In this document: in pieces, positions 39,763-49,147 of the stretch
Layout: each line of letters opens with the position of its first letter
Numbering within the stretch: position 1 is the first letter of the stretch
Origin: an uncultured Candidatus Binatia bacterium
Lineage (GTDB): Bacteria > Desulfobacterota > Binatia > UBA9968 > CAXXLF01
Direction: 5' to 3'
Assembly: GCA_965218425.1 (NCBI GenBank)
Contig: OZ244621.1
Span: 1,152,001 to 1,216,000 of the forward strand
DNA: 64,000 bases
Notes under the pieces: generated by a model
What the model saw: the letters and a program-made list of their open reading frames with translations, nothing else
Databases searched by the model: none
Told to the model about the DNA's origin: nothing
Made by a program: the position numbers and the translations under genes

Positions 39763-41006
39763 GTGTAGTTGCCAGAGAAAAACTTCGCCAAAGAGCGGAC
39801 TATACGCATAAGTTCAACGCAAAGACGGGGCGGCATGGCTGGTTACGGCTGACACCTGCGTACTCGGTGAAGATTGTTGAAGAGCTTATGGACCAGTACG
39901 AAGAACCGTTGCGCGTGCTGGACCCGTTTTGTGGAACGGCGACGACAGCGCTGAGTGCGGCGTATCACGGGCACGAAGGCGTGACGACGGATATCAACCC
40001 GTTCCTGGTCTGGCTCGGCCAAGCGAAGATGGCGCAATACTCTGGTGCCTCGATAGTTTCGACACGTCGGGCATGTGCACGGGTGGTTGAGTCGGTGAAA
40101 CGGGGAGCGGTTGAGCCGGTGAAAGCGCCGCCTATTCATAACATTGAAAGATGGTGGTCGCCGGAAGCGCTGGAGTTTTTATGCACACTGAGGGCCGGTA
40201 TCGAAGCAGAAAGTAGGTACAATTCGCCGGAAAGGGCGTTTCTGCTGGTAGCGTTCTGTAGAACTCTGATCGAACTTTCGAACGCGGCTTTCAATCACCA
40301 ATCCTTGTCTTTTAAAGATGACGGGCAATTGCATCTCCAGCTCGATATCGACATGAGGCATGTGTTTAGCGAAGACGTGCAGTTCGTGTTGGAAGGTGCG
40401 GGGGAGAATCCGGAAGGAACGGGAAATGTAGTTTTCGGTGATTCCAGGAAGCTGCCGGGGGTAGTAGACGGCTCCTTCGATTTGGTGATTACGTCTCCGC
40501 CATATGTAAACCGGATGTCGTACATCCGTGAGCTGCGGCCGTACATGTATTGGCTCGGATTTCTGAATAACGGTCGGGATGCTGGCGAGCTTGACTGGAC
40601 GGCAATCGGTGGCACATGGGGGGTAGCAACAAGCAGACTGATTGATATGGAACGTCCAGGGGAGCCGTTTAAGCACCCGCTGCTCGATGAGGCATTGAAC
40701 GGGATAGCGCATCACGACAACAAGAGCGGGAAGATACTGGCAAGTTACGTGGCGAAGTATTTCGATGACATGTGGGAGCACTTTAATTCTCTAATCCCCG
40801 TGCTGAGCGAGGGCAGTGAGGTGCATTACATCGTGGGGAATTCCACGTTCTACGGTGTGCTCCTGTCGGTCGAGAGGCTATACGCGGCGATGCTTGAACG
40901 CTTGGGGTTTAAAGGGGTCGAGTGCCGCGCGATACGTAAGCGGAATTCAAAGAAAGAGTTGTTTGAGTTCGACGTTTCGGCGCGATGGATCGGGCGGAAG
41001 CCATGA
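39759..41006 (+). CDS. Amino-DNA methyltransferase (N4-C type, alpha motif order)
   Basis: Motif I VLDPFCGTAT before motif IV ITSPPY; ATGA overlap with REase. Confidence 0.88.
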   Translation: MSVVAREKLRQRADYTHKFNAKTGRHGWLRLTPAYSVKIVEELMDQYEEPLRVLDPFCGTATTALSAAYHGHEGVTTDINPFLVWLGQAKMAQYSGASIVSTRRACARVVESVKRGAVEPVKAPPIHNIERWWSPEALEFLCTLRAGIEAESRYNSPERAFLLVAFCRTLIELSNAAFNHQSLSFKDDGQLHLQLDIDMRHVFSEDVQFVLEGAGENPEGTGNVVFGDSRKLPGVVDGSFDLVITSPPYVNRMSYIRELRPYMYWLGFLNNGRDAGELDWTAIGGTWGVATSRLIDMERPGEPFKHPLLDEALNGIAHHDNKSGKILASYVAKYFDDMWEHFNSLIPVLSEGSEVHYIVGNSTFYGVLLSVERLYAAMLERLGFKGVECRAIRKRNSKKELFEFDVSARWIGRKP

Positions 41007-41081
41007 AGACGACTACGGATATGTAGTGGGAACAGTTAACGGATGAAGTGAAAGCAAAGAGTGATAAGCGATGTATCTTTG

Positions 41082-41588
41082 ATGAATAGGGAAGCGAGCA
41101 ACGAAAAGAGAGGAAGCGCAACGGCTCAGCCGTACGGTAGGCAGGCCGCGTTGCTTACGCTCGGGATCGCTCCAGTGATTTTTTCCAGTGAGCGAGTGCG
41201 GATTGGGCGCCTCGATCCGGAAGAACACGGGCTCATCAGGGATCTTCGTCTCGAACATCGGGGAACACATGCATTTCGCTTCGATGCCAGGGACATGAGG
41301 ATCGCGAATATCGGTCTCCGGCCGGATGTCGCGCCAATGGGGGAGATTGAAGAGGTTGCGGTCGGGAAGCACTTGTTGCTGCTGGCGGTGGCTATCGAAC
41401 ACCAGCTCTGGCACTGGCTGTCAGGCAGTCGGAAAATACTGCATCGCTTCCACCCGTTGATCTGTCTTGGCAACCGGGACCGGCTGTTGACGAAGGCGTT
41501 ACAGGAAGTCGGCATACAGTCGCCGGATACGCGACTTGATGTTGTCGCCAAATGGTCATTCGGTTTGCGTTGTGGGGTCAGACCTTGA
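41082..41588 (+). pseudogene. Truncated prokaryotic Argonaute N-domain (long-B / RsAgo-like)
   Basis: Colinear resemblance, recalled by eye, to the RsAgo N-terminus; cut at module B (41570). Confidence 0.55.
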
Positions 41589-41766
41589 CATTTGACATGA
41601 TTCATCTCGCCTTCTCAAAAGTTATTGAGAGAGCGCTAAAGCTCTCCCGCCACCGTCGCCTCCCAGGTTGCACTGTCCCGACACCACGGGGCGGCGGCTG
41701 CTGCAATATGCGTCAAGACGCCGTCGCATGACGTGGAGCGGCTCGGCCATGTCGTCTTTTGAAACC
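41570..41766. repeat. Module B copy 2
   Basis: Near-identical to 54681-54878; minus strand ends ATG TCA AAT GTC AAG GTC TGA CCCC (MSNVKV*). Confidence 0.88.
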
Positions 41767-42022
41767 GGCGTCAGGCACGCCTTATTGCTACTCCGGGTTC
41801 CCTTCCCTTTCGGATTCCGGCCTGTATTGCGCCAATTCTTTTGTGGAACGTCCTGTCCATTTGGACGCGGTCCACCAAGGCATGGATGCGGTTCTTTCCC
41901 GTCAATTGCATTTACCTGGGCGTATCGCTTGTGAGAGCATGGGGCCTTCTCCTTTCAGGTTTGATGGCCGTTACAACCACCACACTACTGGAGCTTGACC
42001 CCTTTTTCATGTTACCTGACCC
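41767..42022 (-). mobile_element. Module A copy 6 (near-complete)
   Basis: Ends GGGTCAGGTAAC / GGCGTCAGGCAC; encodes KNRIHALVDRVQMDRTFHKRIGAIQAGIRKGREPG. Confidence 0.8.
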
Positions 42023-42272
42023 ATGTTTCTTTTTTAGTAGGCTGTCAGCCTAATGATGAGCAAACTCCTGTTTAGCGTTATTGGATCGTCAATCAGGGCG
42101 GCTTTGGCCAGCTCCCGGGTAGTGGGTCATCACTAATACCTTAAATTAGTAATGTGTTCATGGAGCAGGGGATTTTGGTAGTCTCTCAGTTTGAAATTCA
42201 GTGTGCCCCCAGCTTGAAGGTTGTCAACCAGTAATAGACGGAGTATTCTTGAGTTACAAGGAGGATCTAGAA

Positions 42273-42437
42273 GTGAAAACTTCAACTGCCGAGAGCAAAA
42301 ACTATAAGTGTCCGAAGTGCGGTGACGATCTTACACAAGACCGGAAGGGTCAAGGCTTTGTAAGACACAAGAGTAATTCAGACTGCTATTATGAAAAAGG
42401 GGATAGAGATCACCCGACCCTGCGGTTGGGTAAATAA
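42273..42437 (+). CDS. Small Cys-rich (zinc-ribbon-like) protein
   Basis: AGGAGG RBS, GTG start; YKCPKCG...H...C. Confidence 0.55.
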   Translation: MKTSTAESKNYKCPKCGDDLTQDRKGQGFVRHKSNSDCYYEKGDRDHPTLRLGK

Positions 42438-42515
42438 GTATTTAATTCCCTTTCAATGTAGTCGAGAGGGTCGAATGCATCGTTTTAGCTCCGGCGGATT
42501 GATGTGGCAGGCGGC

Positions 42516-43769
42516 ATGAGTATTGGTAGAAACACGCAAACCGAGTGCAGACCGAGGGACGCTGTCTATCTGGACTATGCCGCAACGACGCCTGTCGACA
42601 CGCAGGTCATTGCGGTGATGATAAGGTATCTGGGGTTAGAGGGGATCTTCGGTAACGCTGCGTCGCGGTCACACCGCTTTGGACGCGAAGCCGAAGAGGC
42701 AGTGGAGATGGCACGAGAGCAAGTAGCCGAACTCATCAATGCTGATCCATCTGAGATTGTTTGGACATCGGGGGCTACTGAGTCCGTCAATTTGGCGATC
42801 AAGGGCGTAGCGCATGGACATGCCGACCAGGGCAAACATCTTGTCACTTCGAGTCTGGAGCACCATGCTGTTCTGGATTCATGCGATCAATTGGCCCGCG
42901 AAGGATATGAAATCACTTATGTTGACCCTGACCGGGACGGCCTGATCTCCCCAGAGCATGTGGAACAGGCCCTGAGAGACGACACCATTCTTGTCTCCCT
43001 GATGCATGTGAACAATGAAGTCGGGACCATCACCGACATCAAAGCGATAAGCGAAATAACCCGTGCCCGCGGGATCGCATTCCATGTGGACGCCGCACAA
43101 GGCGCGGCGCGTCTATCCCTCGACTTGCGCTCGATTCACGCGGACCTTGTTTCCCTTAGCGGACACAAGATGTACGGGCCAAAAGGTATCGGAGCGTTGT
43201 ACGTGCGTCACCGACCCCGCGTCCGGATCGAACCTCAGATACATGGCGGAGGTCAGGAACAGGGTATCCGCTCGGGGACGCTTGCGACACATCAAGTGGT
43301 CGGCATGGGCAAGGCCGCACAATTGACGTGTGAACGCCGAAAGCAAGATGTCGAAGCTGTCGCCGTGCTCGATCACCGCTTGCTGGAACGTCTTGCAGAT
43401 ATTGAGCACACCTTTATAAACGGCAACGAAACGCATCGTGTCTCAGGAATTGCAAACGTTGGCTTCGCATGCGTCGAGAGTGAGTCCCTCATGATGTCGT
43501 TGAAGGATGTTGCCATCTCATCCGGGTCGGCTTGCACCTCGTCCCACGTTGAGTCGTCCCACGTCTTGCGATCGCTAGGTTTGCCCGACGACCTTGCGAG
43601 TTGTTCAGTCCGCTTCAGCCTCGGACGATTCACGACCGAGCAGGAAGTCGACTTTGCTGCAGAGCGTGTGAGGGAATCCGTAAATGCGCTACGCCAATTG
43701 TCTCCCCAATGGAGATCGCTCCACCGAAACATTCGTAAAACTAAACCAAATCGCGTTCGTACTGATTAG
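42516..43769 (+). CDS. dndA: Cysteine desulfurase (DndA/IscS)
   Basis: [26 protein letters not shown]; immediately upstream of dndC. Confidence 0.88.
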   Translation: MSIGRNTQTECRPRDAVYLDYAATTPVDTQVIAVMIRYLGLEGIFGNAASRSHRFGREAEEAVEMAREQVAELINADPSEIVWTSGATESVNLAIKGVAHGHADQGKHLVTSSLEHHAVLDSCDQLAREGYEITYVDPDRDGLISPEHVEQALRDDTILVSLMHVNNEVGTITDIKAISEITRARGIAFHVDAAQGAARLSLDLRSIHADLVSLSGHKMYGPKGIGALYVRHRPRVRIEPQIHGGGQEQGIRSGTLATHQVVGMGKAAQLTCERRKQDVEAVAVLDHRLLERLADIEHTFINGNETHRVSGIANVGFACVESESLMMSLKDVAISSGSACTSSHVESSHVLRSLGLPDDLASCSVRFSLGRFTTEQEVDFAAERVRESVNALRQLSPQWRSLHRNIRKTKPNRVRTD

Positions 43770-43775
43770 TATGAC

Positions 43776-44969
43776 ATGAACGAGCACATCCAATTTAGAA
43801 ACATCGCAAGCGGCGACCATGGTAACATCTTCCATGTTGTCAAGCGTCTTGACGTCGCCATGGACGCCATTCGAAGAGAATACCTGCGAAAGCACGTCGA
43901 TCCGTGGGTGCTGGCCTATTCGGGCGGAAAGGACTCGACCCTGCTTCTTCAACTAACGTGGGAGGTGTTGGCATCGCTCCCTGTCCGTGATCGACGGCGT
44001 AAGATCTATGTCGTGGGCAACGACACGCTTGTCGAGTCGCCGTTGGTGATCCAGCATCTCAGAACCACTATGGCGACGATCAAGGATGCTGCTGCTGCGG
44101 ACGGACTGCCAATCGAGACGCAGATCACGAGGCCGCACATCGACCAGACTTTCTGGGTAAACGTGATTGGGCGCGGTTACATTCCCCCGACGCGGAACTT
44201 TCGGTGGTGTACCGATCGGATGAAAATCCTTCCGACTACCCAGCTCCTTGACGGACTCGTTCGATCACACAAGCGCGTTGTGCTACTGGTGGGAACGCGA
44301 AAAAGCGAGTCCGAGAATCGGCGCCGCAACATGACGAAGCATGGCGTTTCTGCAACCAAGATGAATCCTCACAGTTCCGTGGAACGCTGTCGAATGTTCG
44401 CGCCGCTGGCCGAATTCGAAGACCAGGACGTTTGGCTAATCCTGATGCAGCGAAAGCCACCGTGGGGCGGCTCGCATCGAGATCTAATCACGCTGTATCG
44501 TAATGCTGGAGGTGGAGAGTGCCCGTTGGTGCTGTCCAAGGCCGATGCCCCGTCATGCGGAACGACCTCGCCCAGGTTCGGTTGCTGGACATGTACGGTC
44601 GTAAAGAAAGATCGGAGCTTGCGAGGCTTGATTGATTCCGGTCACGAACACGCAGAAGTCTTCGCACGTCTCTTCGACTTTCGTGAGTGGCTGGTCCAAC
44701 TGCGTGAAGACAACGCAAATCGCCAGCGAGTGCGGAGGGACGGAAACTCCAAATCTCGTGCAGATGGAACCCTCGTGATGGGACCCTTCACGCTTGATGT
44801 TCGCGAACGTATCCTGCGCCGACTAAAGGTGCTCGAAGACGATACTAGGCAGCAACTCATTTCCGAATCTGAGCTTGATGTTATCAAAGACATCTGGCGT
44901 TGCGATCAGGTTCGAGAAGAGTGTCGCACTGCGTTACGCAACACGTTCGCCGACGGAGCCTCAGTTTGA
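43776..44969 (+). CDS. dndC: DNA phosphorothioation sulfurtransferase DndC (short form)
   Basis: AYSGGKDS, FWVNVIGRGY..P...FRWCTDRMKI, GTRKSES, GECP, RFGCWTC. Confidence 0.93.
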   Translation: MNEHIQFRNIASGDHGNIFHVVKRLDVAMDAIRREYLRKHVDPWVLAYSGGKDSTLLLQLTWEVLASLPVRDRRRKIYVVGNDTLVESPLVIQHLRTTMATIKDAAAADGLPIETQITRPHIDQTFWVNVIGRGYIPPTRNFRWCTDRMKILPTTQLLDGLVRSHKRVVLLVGTRKSESENRRRNMTKHGVSATKMNPHSSVERCRMFAPLAEFEDQDVWLILMQRKPPWGGSHRDLITLYRNAGGGECPLVLSKADAPSCGTTSPRFGCWTCTVVKKDRSLRGLIDSGHEHAEVFARLFDFREWLVQLREDNANRQRVRRDGNSKSRADGTLVMGPFTLDVRERILRRLKVLEDDTRQQLISESELDVIKDIWRCDQVREECRTALRNTFADGASV

Positions 44970-46756
44970 CAACTCAGCGCCAGACGGTCATTGAGGCGGA
45001 GGCGATGTTGTTTTCGGACCTTTTCCCCCAGGGCCGATTCGCCGTCCCGTGGCACCAGCGCTACTACGATTGGAAGCCGAGCGATGTCCGAGCACTTCTC
45101 TACGATATCGATGAAGCGATCAAGGAAAAGCGCGAGTGTTACTTTCTGGGTGCGGTGATGCTGGTTGAAGTCGAACCTAGAAAATGGGAGATCAACGACG
45201 GCCAACAACGAATGGTAACAATATCGCTGATCTGTGCCGCACTTTGCCGACGATTCGCTCGGGAAGAAAGGGGTTCGCAACGTGAAGGGCTCGCGCTGTG
45301 CATGCTGTTCGATCTGAACACTAATAGCGTCTCGACTTCAGACGACGTGGAACGCTACACTCCCCGGATTTCCCCACCGCAGAACGACGCGGCGCGGTAT
45401 CACCAGTTGATCCGTGGCAACACGATTGGAACCAACGGCAAGCTCACCGCCGCATGGGCAGAGATTGAAAAATTCTTCACTCCGATGAGTCAGGAAAAGT
45501 CGAAGGAGTATTTCGACTTTCTTTACAAAAAGTTGGAAATTACCTGCTTGCAGGTTCCGTCAAACATAGATTCGAACGCGGTGTACGAGACGCTTAACTA
45601 TAGAGGCAAGAAACTCGACGATTTGGACCTGATCCGTAATCATCTGTATTCGCACTTCAACGTGACCGGCGAATCCGAGAGAAGGCAATCGATACATGTG
45701 AATCTTGAGAGGATCCGCACAACGATTGCCAGCACCACAAAGGCATCCGAATACTTGCGTTGTCACCTGCAATGCCGGTTCGGCTTCCTTAGCAAGGACA
45801 ACTTCTACCGCGACGTACGTTCTGCCATTAAAACACGGAGGAATAATGAGCGCGGGCCGACGGGTTCCCAGGCCGACTACGTCTTCCACCTAACGAAACA
45901 AATCTCTGCTCCTGAGTCTCTGCAACTCTTCCAGACGATGACGGCAAAAGGCCCAGAACCGGAATTTATCAGGGCGTTCGAAAAGGACTCTGGGACAACA
46001 AATTCACCGAGGAATCTAGAAGTTTTTTTTCGGGAGTTGGGTGCATATAAGGTCACTCAGCCCCTAATTTTCGCCATGTTGACCAGGTACATACGTGAAT
46101 CGGACGGCGGAACAAAGAGGCAGATTGCAAGGTCCGTCAATAAAAACCTGAGTCGCTTGGCGACATTCGTCCTCAGAACGGCATTTGTTGCACCTAAGTT
46201 TGAGCCTTCGCATTTCGAAACAAAGTTTTCCAACTATGCCAAACACATCGCAACCGCCAACGTCCTTCCTAATGACAAATTTGCTGATTTTCTAAAGGAA
46301 TGCGATGCTTCAGAACACGGAGTGCTAGATGACTCCAAGTTCCAAAACGCTATGGTCGAGGCGACGATGAAGGACAAAAAAAAGATCAAGCGGTTTCTGC
46401 TCGGGATTAATCGCAACATACAACACGGTGCACGGCTATTGAACGAGCAATCCTGTAACGTCGAGCACATACTGCCAGAATCTTCGCAACACTGGAGTGC
46501 TTGGACCAGCTTCAAGGATGTCGATGGGAGCGAGTGGGTTAATAGAATCGGGAATCTGACCCTGGTGGGACCGGCGGACAATCAGCCTGGACCGAAGTAT
46601 AATGGTGATTTTGCGAAGAAGCGCGAGAGCTATCGAGGCAGTGAAGTCGCGCTTACCCGTGAGCTGAGCAAACACGTTGATTGGACCCCTACCACCGTCG
46701 AAGCGAGACAGCGGGAGTTGGCGAAACGAGCCGCGCGTGTTTGGACGTTCGTTTGA
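44966..46756 (+). CDS. DUF262 + DUF1524 protein (GmrSD/SspE-like)
   Basis: P..QR.Y.W, FLG, DGQQR, YETLNYRG, VEHILP, IGNLTL; TTGA overlap with dndC stop. Confidence 0.9.
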   Translation: MTTQRQTVIEAEAMLFSDLFPQGRFAVPWHQRYYDWKPSDVRALLYDIDEAIKEKRECYFLGAVMLVEVEPRKWEINDGQQRMVTISLICAALCRRFAREERGSQREGLALCMLFDLNTNSVSTSDDVERYTPRISPPQNDAARYHQLIRGNTIGTNGKLTAAWAEIEKFFTPMSQEKSKEYFDFLYKKLEITCLQVPSNIDSNAVYETLNYRGKKLDDLDLIRNHLYSHFNVTGESERRQSIHVNLERIRTTIASTTKASEYLRCHLQCRFGFLSKDNFYRDVRSAIKTRRNNERGPTGSQADYVFHLTKQISAPESLQLFQTMTAKGPEPEFIRAFEKDSGTTNSPRNLEVFFRELGAYKVTQPLIFAMLTRYIRESDGGTKRQIARSVNKNLSRLATFVLRTAFVAPKFEPSHFETKFSNYAKHIATANVLPNDKFADFLKECDASEHGVLDDSKFQNAMVEATMKDKKKIKRFLLGINRNIQHGARLLNEQSCNVEHILPESSQHWSAWTSFKDVDGSEWVNRIGNLTLVGPADNQPGPKYNGDFAKKRESYRGSEVALTRELSKHVDWTPTTVEARQRELAKRAARVWTFV

Positions 46757-46901
46757 TGCTTGATACACCACAACTTCGGCGTCTCGCCGAGGACCATCTC
46801 CACGTTCCCACGACGCTTCATAACTAAACAATGAGAAAGTATCAGGTCCTTGTCTTTGTTCAAATTCACGATTGAAATGAGACGTTGGGGAGTATGTTGT
46901 C

Positions 46902-47111
46902 ATGAAAATATCAAAAGATGAAATTGAACTCATATCAAAGATCGCTGCCGATCACGAAATCAAAGGTGATGTGATCGTACAACTTCTTGAGCTTGAAGAG
47001 GAATTTCCAGATGTTCACGCGTGGGGAGCACGTGCAAATCTTAAACGTAAAATTGCTCAAACACTTGAGCAAGCAGCAAATCAGGCGAACCCGACCGATC
47101 CTAATCGATGA
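46902..47111 (+). CDS. Small Dnd-associated helical protein (resembles a detached DndC C-terminal tail)
   Basis: ELISKIAADH...QLLELEEEF...RANLKRKI; ATGA overlap with dndD. Confidence 0.65.
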   Translation: MKISKDEIELISKIAADHEIKGDVIVQLLELEEEFPDVHAWGARANLKRKIAQTLEQAANQANPTDPNR

Positions 47112-49144
47112 TCTTCAAACGCATACGCCTTGAGAACCTGTTTGCCTATAAGGGTATTCAGGAAATTGATCTTACGGGGTGCGGTAAGGGAAGGAACATT
47201 ATTCTTATTTCTGGCCGCAATGGTACAGGTAAAACAAGCTTTATCAATGCTGTCAAACTTCTATTCCTTGGCGCTAACGATCAGCGTCTGCGACGTGTTG
47301 GCTTCCCGCCTACGACTCTTGCCACAGGCCAATTTGTTCGGGGTGTTCCGGGCGTGTGGTCCGGTTTGTTCAACACTCAAGCGCGACGCGACGATTCTGA
47401 ACGAGCGTCAATATCAATCATTTGGGAAGAAGAAGATGGAGTTGAGTTTGAGGCCCGACGAAGCTGGCGTTTGAATGGTCCTAGCTACGAAGAGAACCTC
47501 GATCTATACAAAAACGGAGAAGCGTCAAATCCAGACGACGTCTCCTTGCAGCTTGCAGAAAAACTGCCGCACGACTTTGTGCCGTTCTTCTTTTTTGACG
47601 GCGAACAAATTCGTGAACTTGCCGAAGCGGAGGAGGATATCACTGCAAATGAGATCGAACGCATATTGAACCTCTCCTTTGTGGGCGAAATAGAACAGGG
47701 CGTGTCGGAATTCGTACGGCAGCGTCGCCGTGAGGCGCTACCCGAAGAAACGCAGGTTCGAATACGACGTGCCGAGGGAGAACTTGCCACGAAACAGGCA
47801 GAAAAAGCGGTGGCGGAAAGACGGCTGATGAATTTTCAAGAGGCCATCCAGAAGACCGAGTCCCGCAAACGTGAACTGACGGTCGAGAGGGACGAATTAC
47901 GTACCGGTGTTTCCGACGCGGACCGACTGCTTCTCGAACAACGCCTGGAGACGTTGGAATCGCAAAGATCGGATTTGGCCCGTAAGATCAGCGAGACTCT
48001 GCCGCCAGAGGCGCCGTTCCTCGCAAACCTTAAACTAACACTCCGCGCATACGGGGATGTAGAAACCGTCGTATCGGCACGAGCCGCTCAGGAACTTGGG
48101 AGGCTCGACACTCTACGTCGAGAACTGCCCCACCGGCTGCTGGATCAGGAGCCACACCCTGAAACGCCGCTCGACCCATCCCAGATTGAACACTTACGCG
48201 GGAAGCTCCTATCGCTCATAGAAGAATATACTACTCTGGAGACAGCAGATCAGTTGCCATCCTATCTCCGAACACTCGATCTTGCTAGCGCCCAGAGTTT
48301 GCGCGACCGTTACCTAATTTGGGTTCGCGAGGGCGTAAGACACAGACGTTCCATCGCCACAGAGTTACAACAGATACGCAAGCTTACTGTAGAGGCGGAA
48401 CAAACGACGGAAGAACTAGCCCGGGTATCTGTCGCGTCGAAGGGCCACCTTCAACGCTTTCGCGAGATATCCAAGGAGCTTGACGAACTCGATAATGAAT
48501 TAGCCGCTAAGCACGAGGATGTCGGAAAGGTTGAGGCCGAAATCTCTCAATGCGCGCGCACCATATCCGAAACCCGTAAGCAAGTCGCCGCGCTTGAAGA
48601 AGAACACGAACAAGCCAGAATGACTGGCCAGACTGTCCAATACGCAAGACATGTCGAGGCAGTTCTGCACGAATATAGAGCACGCCAAAGAGAGTTGAGG
48701 CGCACCTCTGTCGAAAAACGCATTAACGAGAAACTGGGTATTCTTCTAGCCGAACACGGACAAATCGGGCGCGTAAACCTCAGCAACCGGTTCATAATGA
48801 CGTATTATGACAAACATGATCAAAAAATTGGGCGCGTAAGTATTTCTGCCGGCATGAAGCAGCTCGTCGCAACAGCATTACTGTGGGCACTAAAGGACGA
48901 ATCCGGTAAGAAGATACCTCTGGTCATCGATACACCACTTGCTCGCATCGACCGCCGAAATCGCGCGCGTCTTTTGGACTCCTATTACCCTAATGCGGGG
49001 GAGCAGGTCATTGTGCTCCCCACAGACAGCGAGATTGATGACAGCCAGTTACTGCATCTCGCTCCACATATTGCCAAAAGGTACCGGATAGAGAATGTCG
49101 ACGGCGAAAACGCCAAGATTGTTCTGGATCAAACCAATGTCTAA
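47108..49144 (+). CDS. dndD: DNA sulfur modification SMC-like ATPase DndD
   Basis: GRNGTGKT, FFFFDGEQI, long coiled coil, ISAGMKQ, VIDTPLARID, YYP....QVIVLPTDSEI. Confidence 0.92.
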   Translation: MIFKRIRLENLFAYKGIQEIDLTGCGKGRNIILISGRNGTGKTSFINAVKLLFLGANDQRLRRVGFPPTTLATGQFVRGVPGVWSGLFNTQARRDDSERASISIIWEEEDGVEFEARRSWRLNGPSYEENLDLYKNGEASNPDDVSLQLAEKLPHDFVPFFFFDGEQIRELAEAEEDITANEIERILNLSFVGEIEQGVSEFVRQRRREALPEETQVRIRRAEGELATKQAEKAVAERRLMNFQEAIQKTESRKRELTVERDELRTGVSDADRLLLEQRLETLESQRSDLARKISETLPPEAPFLANLKLTLRAYGDVETVVSARAAQELGRLDTLRRELPHRLLDQEPHPETPLDPSQIEHLRGKLLSLIEEYTTLETADQLPSYLRTLDLASAQSLRDRYLIWVREGVRHRRSIATELQQIRKLTVEAEQTTEELARVSVASKGHLQRFREISKELDELDNELAAKHEDVGKVEAEISQCARTISETRKQVAALEEEHEQARMTGQTVQYARHVEAVLHEYRARQRELRRTSVEKRINEKLGILLAEHGQIGRVNLSNRFIMTYYDKHDQKIGRVSISAGMKQLVATALLWALKDESGKKIPLVIDTPLARIDRRNRARLLDSYYPNAGEQVIVLPTDSEIDDSQLLHLAPHIAKRYRIENVDGENAKIVLDQTNV

Positions 49145-49147
49145 GGA

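Noticed and set aside
42516..43769. Housekeeping iscS of Fe-S assembly
   Set aside because: No iscU/iscR nearby; it sits 6 bp before dndC
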